Source: an uncultured Acidobacteriota bacterium
Lineage (GTDB): Bacteria > Acidobacteriota > Blastocatellia > RBC074
DNA length: 64,000 bases
Assembly (NCBI GenBank): GCA_963796275.1
Contig: CAWCKY010000003.1
Span: 704,001-768,000 of the forward strand
Direction of reading: 5' to 3'
A model generated the notes under the pieces. The model saw only the letters and a program-made list of their open reading frames with translations, did no database searches and had not been told where the DNA came from. Made by a program: the position numbers and the translations under genes. Shown here piece by piece: positions 55,131 to 64,000 of this stretch; position 1 is the stretch's first letter, and each line of letters begins with the position of its first letter.

Positions 55131-55993
55131 TCCGTCCTCCGTATCACATCTACGCCGAAGACACCGAGAAACATTTGGACCGCCAGGGCGATCAGCGCTA
55201 CAACGAACAGCAGGCGTATCTTCTCGTTCGACACGGCCATGAGGACGCGCGCACCGATGACCGCACCGATGACCGATCCCAGCGCGACGGGACCCGCGAT
55301 CGGCGCGATGATATCGCCGCGCACGAAATATGCGCCGGCGCTGGCCGCGGCCGTCACGCCGATCATGAAATTCGAAGTCGCCGACGATACCTTGATGGGC
55401 AGGCGCAGCGCCGTGTCCATAGCCGGAATTTTGAGGACGCCGCTGCCGATGCCAAGCAGCGCCGAGATCAGTCCCGCGCCATACATAAGCGCCAGCCCTA
55501 TCGGCAGGCGCTCCACCCGATAGGTGATGTCGCGGCCGAGCACGCGATCCGGATAGCTCGAATCTAGTCGCCGCATCGTCGAACCACCAGTCATGACCGG
55601 TGCTGGCGCGAGGGCGGGGTCGCGGCGCTTGGCAAGCATCTGCTGGGCTGAGAGCAACAGGATCAGACCGAATATGAAGAAGAGATACGACGCCGGGATC
55701 AGGCCTGAGAGCAGCACCCCGGTCAGCGCTCCTGCGGTCGTGGCCGTCTCCAGCACAATCGCGAGGCGAACATTGGTGAGGCGCTCCTTCAGGAATGTGG
55801 CAGCGCCGCCGCACGAACACGCAATGACCGAGACGATGCTCGCGCCGACGGCGCTGTGAATCTCGATGTGGCCGAACATCGTCAAGATCGGCACGATGAA
55901 GATGCCGCTTGCCATACCCAGCATGCCGCCCAGTGCACTGGCAAAAAGCGACACAGCAAACAACCAGAGTTCGGTTCCGGGGTTTATCTCCAT
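55127..55993 (-). CDS. Sulfite exporter TauE/SafE family protein
   Basis: GGMLGMASGIFIVP, LLGIGSGVLKIPAMD, KVSSATSNFMIGVT. Confidence 0.92.
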   Translation of the reverse strand: MEINPGTELWLFAVSLFASALGGMLGMASGIFIVPILTMFGHIEIHSAVGASIVSVIACSCGGAATFLKERLTNVRLAIVLETATTAGALTGVLLSGLIPASYLFFIFGLILLLSAQQMLAKRRDPALAPAPVMTGGSTMRRLDSSYPDRVLGRDITYRVERLPIGLALMYGAGLISALLGIGSGVLKIPAMDTALRLPIKVSSATSNFMIGVTAAASAGAYFVRGDIIAPIAGPVALGSVIGAVIGARVLMAVSNEKIRLLFVVALIALAVQMFLGVFGVDVIRRTE

Positions 55994-56063
55994 ATGCTGC
56001 CTTTCTACGACGCCAAGGTGCGCCGCGCCAACCGGGCCCCACACAATATCCCAAGCGCCTTCT

Positions 56064-56258
56064 CTAAAGATGTCTTCCCGGCGCGGCGACCGTCACCTCA
56101 AGTCCGCGCATCTTGAGGTTGGCAGCCGTTTCCATACCGATGAAGCTCGTGCCGATGACGACTACGCGCTTCGCCTCTCCGGCTGTCTAGATAATCGTAT
56201 CGGAGTCCGCAAAACTGCGCAGCATGAAGACGTTCTTCAGAGCGCTTCCGGTGACGGG
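56064..56258 (-). pseudogene. Fragment of FAD/NAD-dependent oxidoreductase (ferredoxin-reductase/AIF-like)
   Basis: NVFMLRSFADSDTII*TAGEAKRVVVIGTSFIGMETAANLKMRGLEVTV; internal TAG at 56187-56189. Confidence 0.8.
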
Positions 56259-56305
56259 GCAGCGTTTGCCTACGCGAGGCATTCTAGCCTCGCCATGATC
56301 TATGT

Positions 56306-56471
56306 TCAATGTTTGAAAAGGCACCAGGTCGGCACGCGTTGGTAGCGGAGTCCCAAGTCTTCATCGATTCGCGAAACAAAAACCGGGGAGAGTCCACTGG
56401 ATATTGATGCGATCGCAACAGGAGAGCATATTGTCAATCTGGTCGGCATAACGTTCGGTGAGCAGTGACAT
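56306..56471 (-). pseudogene. Internally deleted remnant of a putative transposase
   Basis: MSLLTERYADQIDNMLSCCDRINIQWTLPGFCFA joined out of frame to DEDLGLRYQRVPTWCLF; both blocks recalled from one transposase-like family, not verified by search. Confidence 0.5.
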
Positions 56472-56609
56472 ATAACCTGTTTCTGATGTTTGTGACGCAA
56501 TAATCCGAGCGGGAATCATCGCCGAGCGCCGGGCATTACACTCCGCCTTCCCTTGACATTCTACCAAAACAAGCCTCTACTCTGATATTGGATTCCACTA
56601 GAGAGGCTT

Positions 56610-56963
56610 ATGCGAATGCCAAAAGACGACCCAATCGACATGCTGCAGGGGACGCTCGACATGCTTATTCTGCGCACCCTGTTGTTCGGACCGAGGCACG
56701 GCCAAGCCATCGCCAAATCGATCGAGCAGACTTCACAAGACGTGCTGAGAGTAGACCACGGCTCGCTCTATCCGGCATTGCAGCGGCTGGAGCGGCGCGG
56801 ACTGGTCAGCGCCAAATGGGGGACTTCGGAGAATAACCGGCGTGCCAGGTTCTATCGCCTGACGGCTGCCGGCCGGAAGCAACTGACGGCCGAGACCAGT
56901 AAGTGGAAGCGTTTGAGCGAGGCGATCGCCCACATCCTCAACCCGAATCGAGAGGAGGTCTAG
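56610..56963 (+). CDS. PadR family transcriptional regulator (acidobacterial type)
   Basis: [38 protein letters not shown]. Confidence 0.93.
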   Translation: MRMPKDDPIDMLQGTLDMLILRTLLFGPRHGQAIAKSIEQTSQDVLRVDHGSLYPALQRLERRGLVSAKWGTSENNRRARFYRLTAAGRKQLTAETSKWKRLSEAIAHILNPNREEV

Positions 56964-56965
56964 CC

Positions 56966-59674
56966 ATGCGCTGGTGGTACGAACTGAAATACCTCGTCCG
57001 GAAACTTAACCGCGGGCATGCGGAACAGGAGTTGGAGGAAGAGATTCGCGCTCACCTGGAGCTGGAAGCCAGTGAGAATATGGAAGCCGGGCTTTCGTCT
57101 GAAGATGCGGGATATGCAGCGCGACGGGCATTTGGCAGCGTCGCTTTAGCCAAGGAGGAGAGTCGTACGATGTGGGGATTCCCGAGATTGGAGACATTGT
57201 GGCAAGACCTTCGTTACGGTGGGCGAATGATACTGAGGCATCCTAACTTCACCATGGTCGCGGCGCTTACGCTCGCGCTCGGCATTGGAGCGAACACGGC
57301 GATCTTCAGCATCATCAACGGAGTATTGCTCAAACCGCTGTCCTACCCGCAGCCGGATCGACTGGTGACTCTGTGGGAGCGAGCTTCGGAGCGCGGAATT
57401 GAGCAGGAGCGCGTTAGCGGCCCCAACTATCTGGACTGGCGTAGACAGAATTCGGTGTTTTCTGACATGGCCGTTAGCCCCGGATGGGACAGCAGCGACT
57501 TCAAACTCGTCCTCCGCGACAGCATCGTCAAGGTTCGCGGGATGTATGCCTCCTCAAGTCTATTCACGACGCTCGGGGGCGCCCCTTTGCTGGGCCGCAC
57601 ATTTTTATCCGAGGAAGATCAGAAGGAAGGAAATCGCGTGGCCGTCGTGGGCTACAATTTGTGGCAGCAGCAATTTGGCGGCGACCCCAACGTCCTCGGT
57701 CAGACGCTCACGGTGGATCGTTATGGGAGACGCGATTACACCGTTGTAGGGGTGATGCCGCCGGACTACGGCTCGCTGAGTGGATGCGAGGTGTGGCTCC
57801 CGATCGGCTGGATGGGTGTCAATCTTGATGATCATCGTTCTGCGCATTGGCACGACGTCATCGCTCGGCTCAAGCCTGGCGTATCACTCGCACAGGCGCA
57901 GGCGCAAATGAACGCGATCCAGGCGCGGTTGAAGCAGACCTATCCGGGAGAAACCATCGGTTCGCAAGTCTCAATCGTGCCGCTCGTTCAACAGGCCGTC
58001 GGGCGGAATTTTCACACGGCGCTGTTCGTGTTGTGGGGCGTCGTGACAGGCGTGCTGTTGATCGCCTGTGCGAATGTCGCCAACATGATGCTGGCTCGCG
58101 CCGCTTCGAGACAGAAGGAGATCGCGGTGCGCCTCGCGCTGGGCGCTGGGCGCTGGCGTGTGATGCGGCAGTTGCTTACAGAAAGTATTTTGCTAGCCCT
58201 ACTCGGCGGCGCTGCGGGTGTGTTGCTGAGTCATTGTGCGGTGAAGTTGTTTATCGCCGCCAGTCCCGCAAACATCCCTCGTCTGGCAGGGGTATCGCTC
58301 GACAGCACAGCGCTCGCTTTCACTTTCGGAGCAGCGTTATTGACAGGTGTGATCTTCGGGTTGGCCCCCGCCTGGCAATGTTCGCGGCTCGACCTGAACA
58401 AAGCTTTGAAGGACGGTGGCACTGGGGCGTCCACGGGAGCTTCCTCCAAATTCACACGTAATGTATTGGTCGTCACGGAGGTCGCATTGGCGATCGTTCT
58501 GCTGGTCGGGGCCGGCCTGATGTTGCAGAGTTTCAGAAAGTTGCTGGCATCGGATCGAGGTTTTCGTGCGGAACAAGTCGTGACGGCGGAATTGGATTTC
58601 TCCGTATCCGGATTCGGCGCCTGGTTTCGCCCGGCCGTCACCAGGCCGCAAGTGTATATGGCGGAACTGCTGGAACATGTCCGCCACCTCCCCGGAGTTC
58701 AGTCGGCCGGGGCAGCGTATCGCCTCCTGCGTCGTGATAACCATCCCCCAAACCAGTCATTCGCCATCTTCGGCAAGCCGGTCGACCCCGATGCAGAACG
58801 TCCCAACGTCGAGGCCAATGCTATTACGCCCGATTCACTTCGCGCGCTCGGCACGCCACTCCTGCGCGGACGTGACTTCACCGAGGCCGACAGGCTGGAA
58901 GCGCCTGGCGTAGTGCTGGTGAATGAGAGTTTCGCCCGCCGGTTCTTTTTCAACGAAGATCCGCTGGGCCAATACATCACGATGGTGAAATCACCGGGAC
59001 CGCTTGGCTCCAGGGACGCCGCCGGCGTGCCATTCTGGTACGAAATCGTCGGGGTGGTGGGCGATGTGAAGTCGCTGGGCCTGCCGCCGGAGGCAGTGCC
59101 GGAAATCTACCGGTCCTACTGGCAATTCCCGATGGATCACCCGACTCTAATCGTCCGCGCCACGGGTGATGCGTCCGAACTGGCGAAGGTCATCCAGCGT
59201 GAAACCAAGGCCGTCATTCCCAATCTGCCCGCCCCTGAAATTCGGCTGATGACCGATCGTGTCCGCGAGAGCATGGCGCAACCTCGATTCGAGTCCGGAT
59301 TGTTGAGTCTATTCGGCGTACTCGCGCTGCTCTTGGCAGCGGTCGGCATCTATGGCGTGCTCGCTTACTCAGTGGCTCAACGGCAGCACGAAATCGGCAT
59401 CCGCATAGCGTTGGGTGCGGGACGCGGCAACATCCTGCGTCTGATTCTAGCGCAAGGGATGAAGCCGGTTTTCATCGGCGGCGCCATCGGTCTGCTCGCT
59501 GCAACTGCCTTGATGCGATTGCTGAAGACCTTGTTATTCGAGGTGAGTGCGACCGATCCGCTGACGTTTGCAGTGATCGCGATTTTGCTGACGCTCGTGG
59601 CGCTGCTGGCTTGTTACCTACCGGCGAGGCGGGCGGCGCGGGTGGATCCGATGGTCGCACTTCGGCGCGAATAA
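56966..59674 (+). CDS. ABC permease, ADOP (acidobacterial duplicated orphan permease)
   Basis: [68 protein letters not shown]. Confidence 0.93.
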   Translation: MRWWYELKYLVRKLNRGHAEQELEEEIRAHLELEASENMEAGLSSEDAGYAARRAFGSVALAKEESRTMWGFPRLETLWQDLRYGGRMILRHPNFTMVAALTLALGIGANTAIFSIINGVLLKPLSYPQPDRLVTLWERASERGIEQERVSGPNYLDWRRQNSVFSDMAVSPGWDSSDFKLVLRDSIVKVRGMYASSSLFTTLGGAPLLGRTFLSEEDQKEGNRVAVVGYNLWQQQFGGDPNVLGQTLTVDRYGRRDYTVVGVMPPDYGSLSGCEVWLPIGWMGVNLDDHRSAHWHDVIARLKPGVSLAQAQAQMNAIQARLKQTYPGETIGSQVSIVPLVQQAVGRNFHTALFVLWGVVTGVLLIACANVANMMLARAASRQKEIAVRLALGAGRWRVMRQLLTESILLALLGGAAGVLLSHCAVKLFIAASPANIPRLAGVSLDSTALAFTFGAALLTGVIFGLAPAWQCSRLDLNKALKDGGTGASTGASSKFTRNVLVVTEVALAIVLLVGAGLMLQSFRKLLASDRGFRAEQVVTAELDFSVSGFGAWFRPAVTRPQVYMAELLEHVRHLPGVQSAGAAYRLLRRDNHPPNQSFAIFGKPVDPDAERPNVEANAITPDSLRALGTPLLRGRDFTEADRLEAPGVVLVNESFARRFFFNEDPLGQYITMVKSPGPLGSRDAAGVPFWYEIVGVVGDVKSLGLPPEAVPEIYRSYWQFPMDHPTLIVRATGDASELAKVIQRETKAVIPNLPAPEIRLMTDRVRESMAQPRFESGLLSLFGVLALLLAAVGIYGVLAYSVAQRQHEIGIRIALGAGRGNILRLILAQGMKPVFIGGAIGLLAATALMRLLKTLLFEVSATDPLTFAVIAILLTLVALLACYLPARRAARVDPMVALRRE

Positions 59675-59804
59675 CCGCGTCTTTAGTTCAATAACACTAC
59701 AACCGAGTGCATCTCTCGGAGGTCGCGAGTATTCAATCCTTCTTTGGTTCCGGCTCGTCGGGCCCCAGTCATTCTATGAGGGCGCAATGGCAGCTACAGA
59801 TAGG

Positions 59805-59985
59805 ACAGGTTGCGGCGCCGGGTAGAGCGAGCCTTCCTCGACCTGCCGCACGTCGCCCGATATCTGCTTGATGTGTGGGCGGTCCCATAGCCGTGCATCA
59901 GCCCGCGTTGCGCTCGATGGTCTTGAGGATTAGTATCTCCAGCTTGCCGGATTTGCGGGAAGCCCGATTGGCGCTTCTTTATATG
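59805..59985 (-). pseudogene. Degenerate PadR family regulator
   Basis: Three frames give GKLEILILKTIER / LMHGYGTA / HIKQISGDVRQVEEGSLYPAPQ. Confidence 0.8.
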
Positions 59986-60035
59986 AAATCCTCCTTCATC
60001 CTCTGCAAGAGTCATTTCGGAGAAACGGTTCGCTC

Positions 60036-62597
60036 CTACTCGGTGCGTAGCGCGACCATAGGGTCGACTCTCGCGGCGCGCGCAGCGGGAATCCAGGATG
60101 CCAGGAGCGCGGCGGCGCAGAGTAATAATGTGGCGATGGCGAGCATGCGCGGATCCCACGGCGAGACGCCGAAGAGTTGATGCGTCATGAGCCAGCCGGC
60201 GGCGATGGCGAGCGGAATACCGAGTCCGAGTCCGATCCCGATCTGGAAGAATGCGCTGCGAAGGACCATGCGGACCACGTTGGCACGATCGGCGCCAAGC
60301 GCCATGCGCACTCCGATCTCGTGCGTACGCTGTTCGACGGTGTAGGCCATCACCCCGTACAAGCCCACCGCGGCGAGAACAAGGCCGAGCACGCCGAAGA
60401 GCATGGTGAGGGTGGCGATCATGTTCTCCTGTTGAAAGGCGCCGGCCAGAATTTTCGAGTACGGATTCACGCCGTAGACCACCAGGTTGGGATCGATGCT
60501 GGCGAGCGTTTTGCGTACCTCGGCTTCGATACCGGGCGGATTGCCGGGAGCCCAGATGACGATATTGTAGAGGAAGTGGGAGAAGAGGTCGAAAGTAGTG
60601 AATTGCGGATCATCGTATTTGACGCTTTGTGTTTCGGGCAGCCAGTACATCGGGCGGATAGGATCCTTCATTCCCCAGGTCATGTAACGGATATCGCGTA
60701 CAACGCCGACGATTTCGAATGTATTGGCATACTGAATGCGGTTCATGCCGAAGTGCTCACCGATCGGGTTCTGGTCTTTGAAGAAGCGTCGAACGAAGGC
60801 TTCGTTGACGACGGCGATCGGGCGAGTCGTGCCGGTGTCCTGCTCTTCGATGGAGCGGCCCAGCACGATTTTTGCGCCGATAGTTTCAAAGAAGCCGGGC
60901 ATGACGCGGGCCCAGCCGGCGCCGTTGTCTTCCTTGGGCCCGGGTTCGGGGCGGCCTGCGATACGAATGCCCTCGTTCCAGCTATCGCCGCTCATTGGGG
61001 CATAGAGAACGGGAGCGACCATGCGCACTCCGGGCACGCGCAGGAGGCGCTCGTCGATACGACGGTAGAACTGCTCCATTTGTTCGGGCTTGTAGTTGCC
61101 GAGCGTTGGGTTGATGGAGGCGAGATAGCGGTGTTTCGTTTCGAAACCAAAATCCTGGCGCTCGAGATTGAGCAGACTCTGGCCAAGCAGAGCAGCGGCC
61201 GAGAGCAGGACGAGCGACATTGCGGCTTGCGCGATAACCAGCGATTTTTGCGCGATGGAGCTGCCGCCGCGCACGGAACGGTTGCTGCCGCGCATAGCTT
61301 CGACCGGATCGACATGCGAAGTCATCCAGGCGGGAGCGATGCCGAAAAGTATTCCCGTGAGTAGTGAGACCGCGAGCGTAAAGAGCAGAACGGACCAGGA
61401 GGGCGACGCATTGACCGGGATGTAGTTCATCGGGCCGCTGTTATAGAATGCGAGATAGAGAATCAGTTTACTGCCTCCGTAGGCGATTCCGATTCCGAGA
61501 ATGCCGCCGATGATGGCAAGCAGGGTGGACTCAACGAGCGCTTTGCGCACCAACCGGCTGCGTGACGCGCCGAGAGCGACGCGCAGAGCCGTCTGCGAGC
61601 GTTCCTTCAAGCCGCGGGCGAGCATGAGATTGGCGAGATTGCCGCAGGCGACAAGCAGTACACAGCCGGCTGCGATGAGCAGCAACTTCAAACCAGCCTC
61701 ATATTGGTCGCGCATGGCCGCGGTACCGGCGCCGCCGGGGATGAGATTCAGGGTTTGCTGCTGCCAGGTCTGCTTTTCGCCGGGCTCCATGTCGGCCACA
61801 TGGCTTGCGAGCCATTCATACAACTCGACGCGCAGCTTGGCTTCGAGCGACTTGGGATTCACGCCGGGACGTACGCGGCCGATGATGTCGAGCCAGTTCG
61901 TGTTGGGGCGTTTGAGGCGCTGGGCTTCGCCGCCGAGCAGAGGCTCGGTGTTGGTCGGGAGCCAGATATCGGGCATGCCCCAGCTGGCGAGCTTGGCGCC
62001 GTAAAAGCCCGGCGGAGCGACGCCGATCACGGTAAAGAGCTGACCGTTGATCTGATAACTCGCACCCACAACCGAAGGGTCGGAGGCGTATTTCTCGCTC
62101 CAGATGCGATAGCTCATGACGGCGACGGGAGTTGCGCCGGGCTGATCGTCGGCGTCCGTCAGTAAGCGGCCGATCCAGGGATTGACGCCGAGGGTGCGGA
62201 AGAAATTGCCGGAGACGTATTGGCCATTGCGTGTGTCGACAGGGTCCTGCGACCCTCCCCGGCGAACACCGAGTGGCGCATTGCCGGCTTGCAGTGCGGC
62301 AAGGTCGACGAACTCGGGCGTGTGATCGCGGAAATGCTTGTAAGCTTCATAGGAGAAGAGCGAAAAATTGCCATCGTTATCCTGCGTATACCCGCCCCAG
62401 TTGCAGCAGCGGACTTTGTCGCCCACGCGCCAGAGTTCTTCGGGCTTGGTGACCGGCAGAGACTTGAGCATCACCTGATGAACGAGAGTGAAAATCGCGG
62501 TCGTGGCGCCAATACCCAAGGCGAGCGTGATAACCGCAGTGATGGTAAATCCGGGCGCTTTTCTGAGTCGCCGAAGCGCTTCCTTCAAATCCGACAT
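60036..62597 (-). CDS. ABC permease, ADOP family
   Basis: [62 protein letters not shown]. Confidence 0.93.
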   Translation of the reverse strand: MSDLKEALRRLRKAPGFTITAVITLALGIGATTAIFTLVHQVMLKSLPVTKPEELWRVGDKVRCCNWGGYTQDNDGNFSLFSYEAYKHFRDHTPEFVDLAALQAGNAPLGVRRGGSQDPVDTRNGQYVSGNFFRTLGVNPWIGRLLTDADDQPGATPVAVMSYRIWSEKYASDPSVVGASYQINGQLFTVIGVAPPGFYGAKLASWGMPDIWLPTNTEPLLGGEAQRLKRPNTNWLDIIGRVRPGVNPKSLEAKLRVELYEWLASHVADMEPGEKQTWQQQTLNLIPGGAGTAAMRDQYEAGLKLLLIAAGCVLLVACGNLANLMLARGLKERSQTALRVALGASRSRLVRKALVESTLLAIIGGILGIGIAYGGSKLILYLAFYNSGPMNYIPVNASPSWSVLLFTLAVSLLTGILFGIAPAWMTSHVDPVEAMRGSNRSVRGGSSIAQKSLVIAQAAMSLVLLSAAALLGQSLLNLERQDFGFETKHRYLASINPTLGNYKPEQMEQFYRRIDERLLRVPGVRMVAPVLYAPMSGDSWNEGIRIAGRPEPGPKEDNGAGWARVMPGFFETIGAKIVLGRSIEEQDTGTTRPIAVVNEAFVRRFFKDQNPIGEHFGMNRIQYANTFEIVGVVRDIRYMTWGMKDPIRPMYWLPETQSVKYDDPQFTTFDLFSHFLYNIVIWAPGNPPGIEAEVRKTLASIDPNLVVYGVNPYSKILAGAFQQENMIATLTMLFGVLGLVLAAVGLYGVMAYTVEQRTHEIGVRMALGADRANVVRMVLRSAFFQIGIGLGLGIPLAIAAGWLMTHQLFGVSPWDPRMLAIATLLLCAAALLASWIPAARAARVDPMVALRTE

Positions 62598-63005
62598 TTC
62601 GTTTCCCCTGAATGTGTTTGGTGCCGCTATCGTGAACCGGCATGTGGTTAGCAAATGGCTCGCGGCACAGTTGCAATACTCGGCAGGACCGGTTTGGTTA
62701 CCAGCCGACCTCAATTTTGTGACTGACAGAGCGGAATACGCACAGGCGGGTCGATAAGATCCAAAAGTTTCGATGATTTTAGCGTTGCGCTCACCCCCGG
62801 ATTACGACGGCCTTCGTCTCCAGCTCTGCGTGTTAACCGAACGGTGGTAAGTGACGTTTCAAACGAAATCGTTTCAGGTTTCACGCAATAGCTCAATTAT
62901 TGATAGCCACACAGAGTTCCTAAAAATAAGAATCGTAATGGCTTTATTTCCAGCGAAAATTTATCGAAATCGTTGGTTTTGTTCTTCTGGCTAAAAGAAC
63001 CAAAT

Positions 63006-64000
63006 TCAGTGCTTTGGAGAAAAACTTACGGGCTTCGCCACGAATCGCGGTCCGTTTGCGCTGTCAGCGAACGTCCAGCCGGTGAGGTAGGCCAGCTTCA
63101 AAATTTTCTCCATTTTCGTGAAATTAATGCGGTCGACCGTATCTGTGGGTTGATGATAGTCGGGATGGAAACCGGTGAACCACCAGATCGCGGGTACCTC
63201 GCGCAGCGCAAATGGAAATTGATCGCTGCGCTGATAGATGTTGAGCGCCGCATCGTTATCCCATTTATAGTTGAGTTTCAAGCCGACCCGCTTATTTTCG
63301 CGTTCGACGACCGAGCGATAATCGGGACTGTTGATAGTCCCGATCAGGTTCAATTCGTTAGAGGTGTCGGCGGCGATTTCAATCAACCCGTCAGTCTGGG
63401 TGCTGGGGGTCTCATTTCGTCCGATCATATCAAAGTTGATCACTGCCCGTGTCAGTTCGAGCGGCCGCAGTGGATGCACGACGTAATAGTAGGATCCGAG
63501 CAGTCCGCGCTCTTCCGCTGCAAACGAAGCGAAGAGAAGCGAACGTTTCGGCTTCGCCGGATTCGCCGCAAATGCCCGCGCCAATTCGATCACGCCCACG
63601 GTGCCTGAACCATTGTCATCGGCCCCATGAAATATCTTTCCTTCGCGAATGCCGTCATGGTCGTAATGGCTGCCGAAGACTATCGTTTCGTTCTTCAATG
63701 CCGGATCGCTGCCCTCTACCAATCCGATAACGTTGTAGCTCGTGGCGCGCCGGTGCTCCGCATTGACGATTCGCATCTCGACGACTGTATCAGCCAGCTC
63801 CTGCGACTGTGGGCGTAGTGTCGAATCGATCGCCGTCTGCAACTCGGCCGGCGTCTTGCCTGAAGGTTCAAGCAGTCTGCCTGCCACCGCATCGCTGACC
63901 GAGAGCAGCGGAATTTTCGTTTCATTCTCCGCCAGTGCCTGCGATGCATTTCGCGTGATTCGCTCGAGTATACCGGGAATGCGGGCCAACCGTTCTTGAT
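63006..64000 (-). CDS. M28 family peptidase, partial (runs off window end)
   Basis: SHYDH, GADDNGSG, AEERGLLGS, NFDMIGR, RSDQ, YHQPTD; frame open to the edge. Confidence 0.9.
   Translation of the reverse strand, partial: QERLARIPGILERITRNASQALAENETKIPLLSVSDAVAGRLLEPSGKTPAELQTAIDSTLRPQSQELADTVVEMRIVNAEHRRATSYNVIGLVEGSDPALKNETIVFGSHYDHDGIREGKIFHGADDNGSGTVGVIELARAFAANPAKPKRSLLFASFAAEERGLLGSYYYVVHPLRPLELTRAVINFDMIGRNETPSTQTDGLIEIAADTSNELNLIGTINSPDYRSVVERENKRVGLKLNYKWDNDAALNIYQRSDQFPFALREVPAIWWFTGFHPDYHQPTDTVDRINFTKMEKILKLAYLTGWTFADSANGPRFVAKPVSFSPKH

Noticed and set aside
55131-56054. Long N-terminal part of the 412-aa ORF 54816..56054
   Set aside because: Alternative frame of the TauE gene; only the last 104 aa (DUF1634-like) look real
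59743-59766. IS-end-like TTTGGTTCCGGCTCGTCGGG
   Set aside because: Resemblance is from memory only; no partner end or transposase adjacent
60177-61364. 395-aa plus-strand ORF
   Set aside because: Antisense shadow of the ADOP permease, typical of GC-rich DNA
62755-62830. Possible XRE HTH remnant (EGRRNPGVSATLK) on the minus strand
   Set aside because: Too short and weak to support
54615-64000. attR copy of the tRNA-Pro 3' end
   Set aside because: No repeat of TCCTATCGCCCCGA noticed in the window

Overview
Bacterial chromosomal window, most likely Acidobacteriota (Blastocatellia-like). That assignment is inferred from PadR+ADOP permeases, Oar-like TonB-dependent receptors and a DUF1549/1553+DUF1501 pair. 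Housekeeping genes (suhB, NAD kinase, proS, rnr, coaD, rsmD, galE, recJ, tRNA-Pro) frame two accessory blocks. (1) 11.8-31.0 kb is an all-plus-strand island of two modules, each opened by a homologous AT-rich leader plus a TonB paralog. Together they carry three giant TonB-dependent receptors, two MFS transporters, two SAM methyltransferases and a small helical protein. This is the best candidate for an undescribed transport-and-methylate system. (2) Downstream of tRNA-Pro is a decayed island with IHF-like boxes, four gene remnants and two ADOP permeases. Also notable are a stand-alone family-A DNA polymerase lacking the 5'-3' exonuclease and carrying the T7-type Tyr in motif B, many short-period (7-13 nt) inverted repeat arrays and REP/MITE-like fold-backs, and two +1 frameshifts (rnr, ABC permease) that may be assembly errors. 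No rRNA, CRISPR array, intact transposase, integrase or phage structural gene was seen. All assignments come from motif reading by eye; no database search was run.
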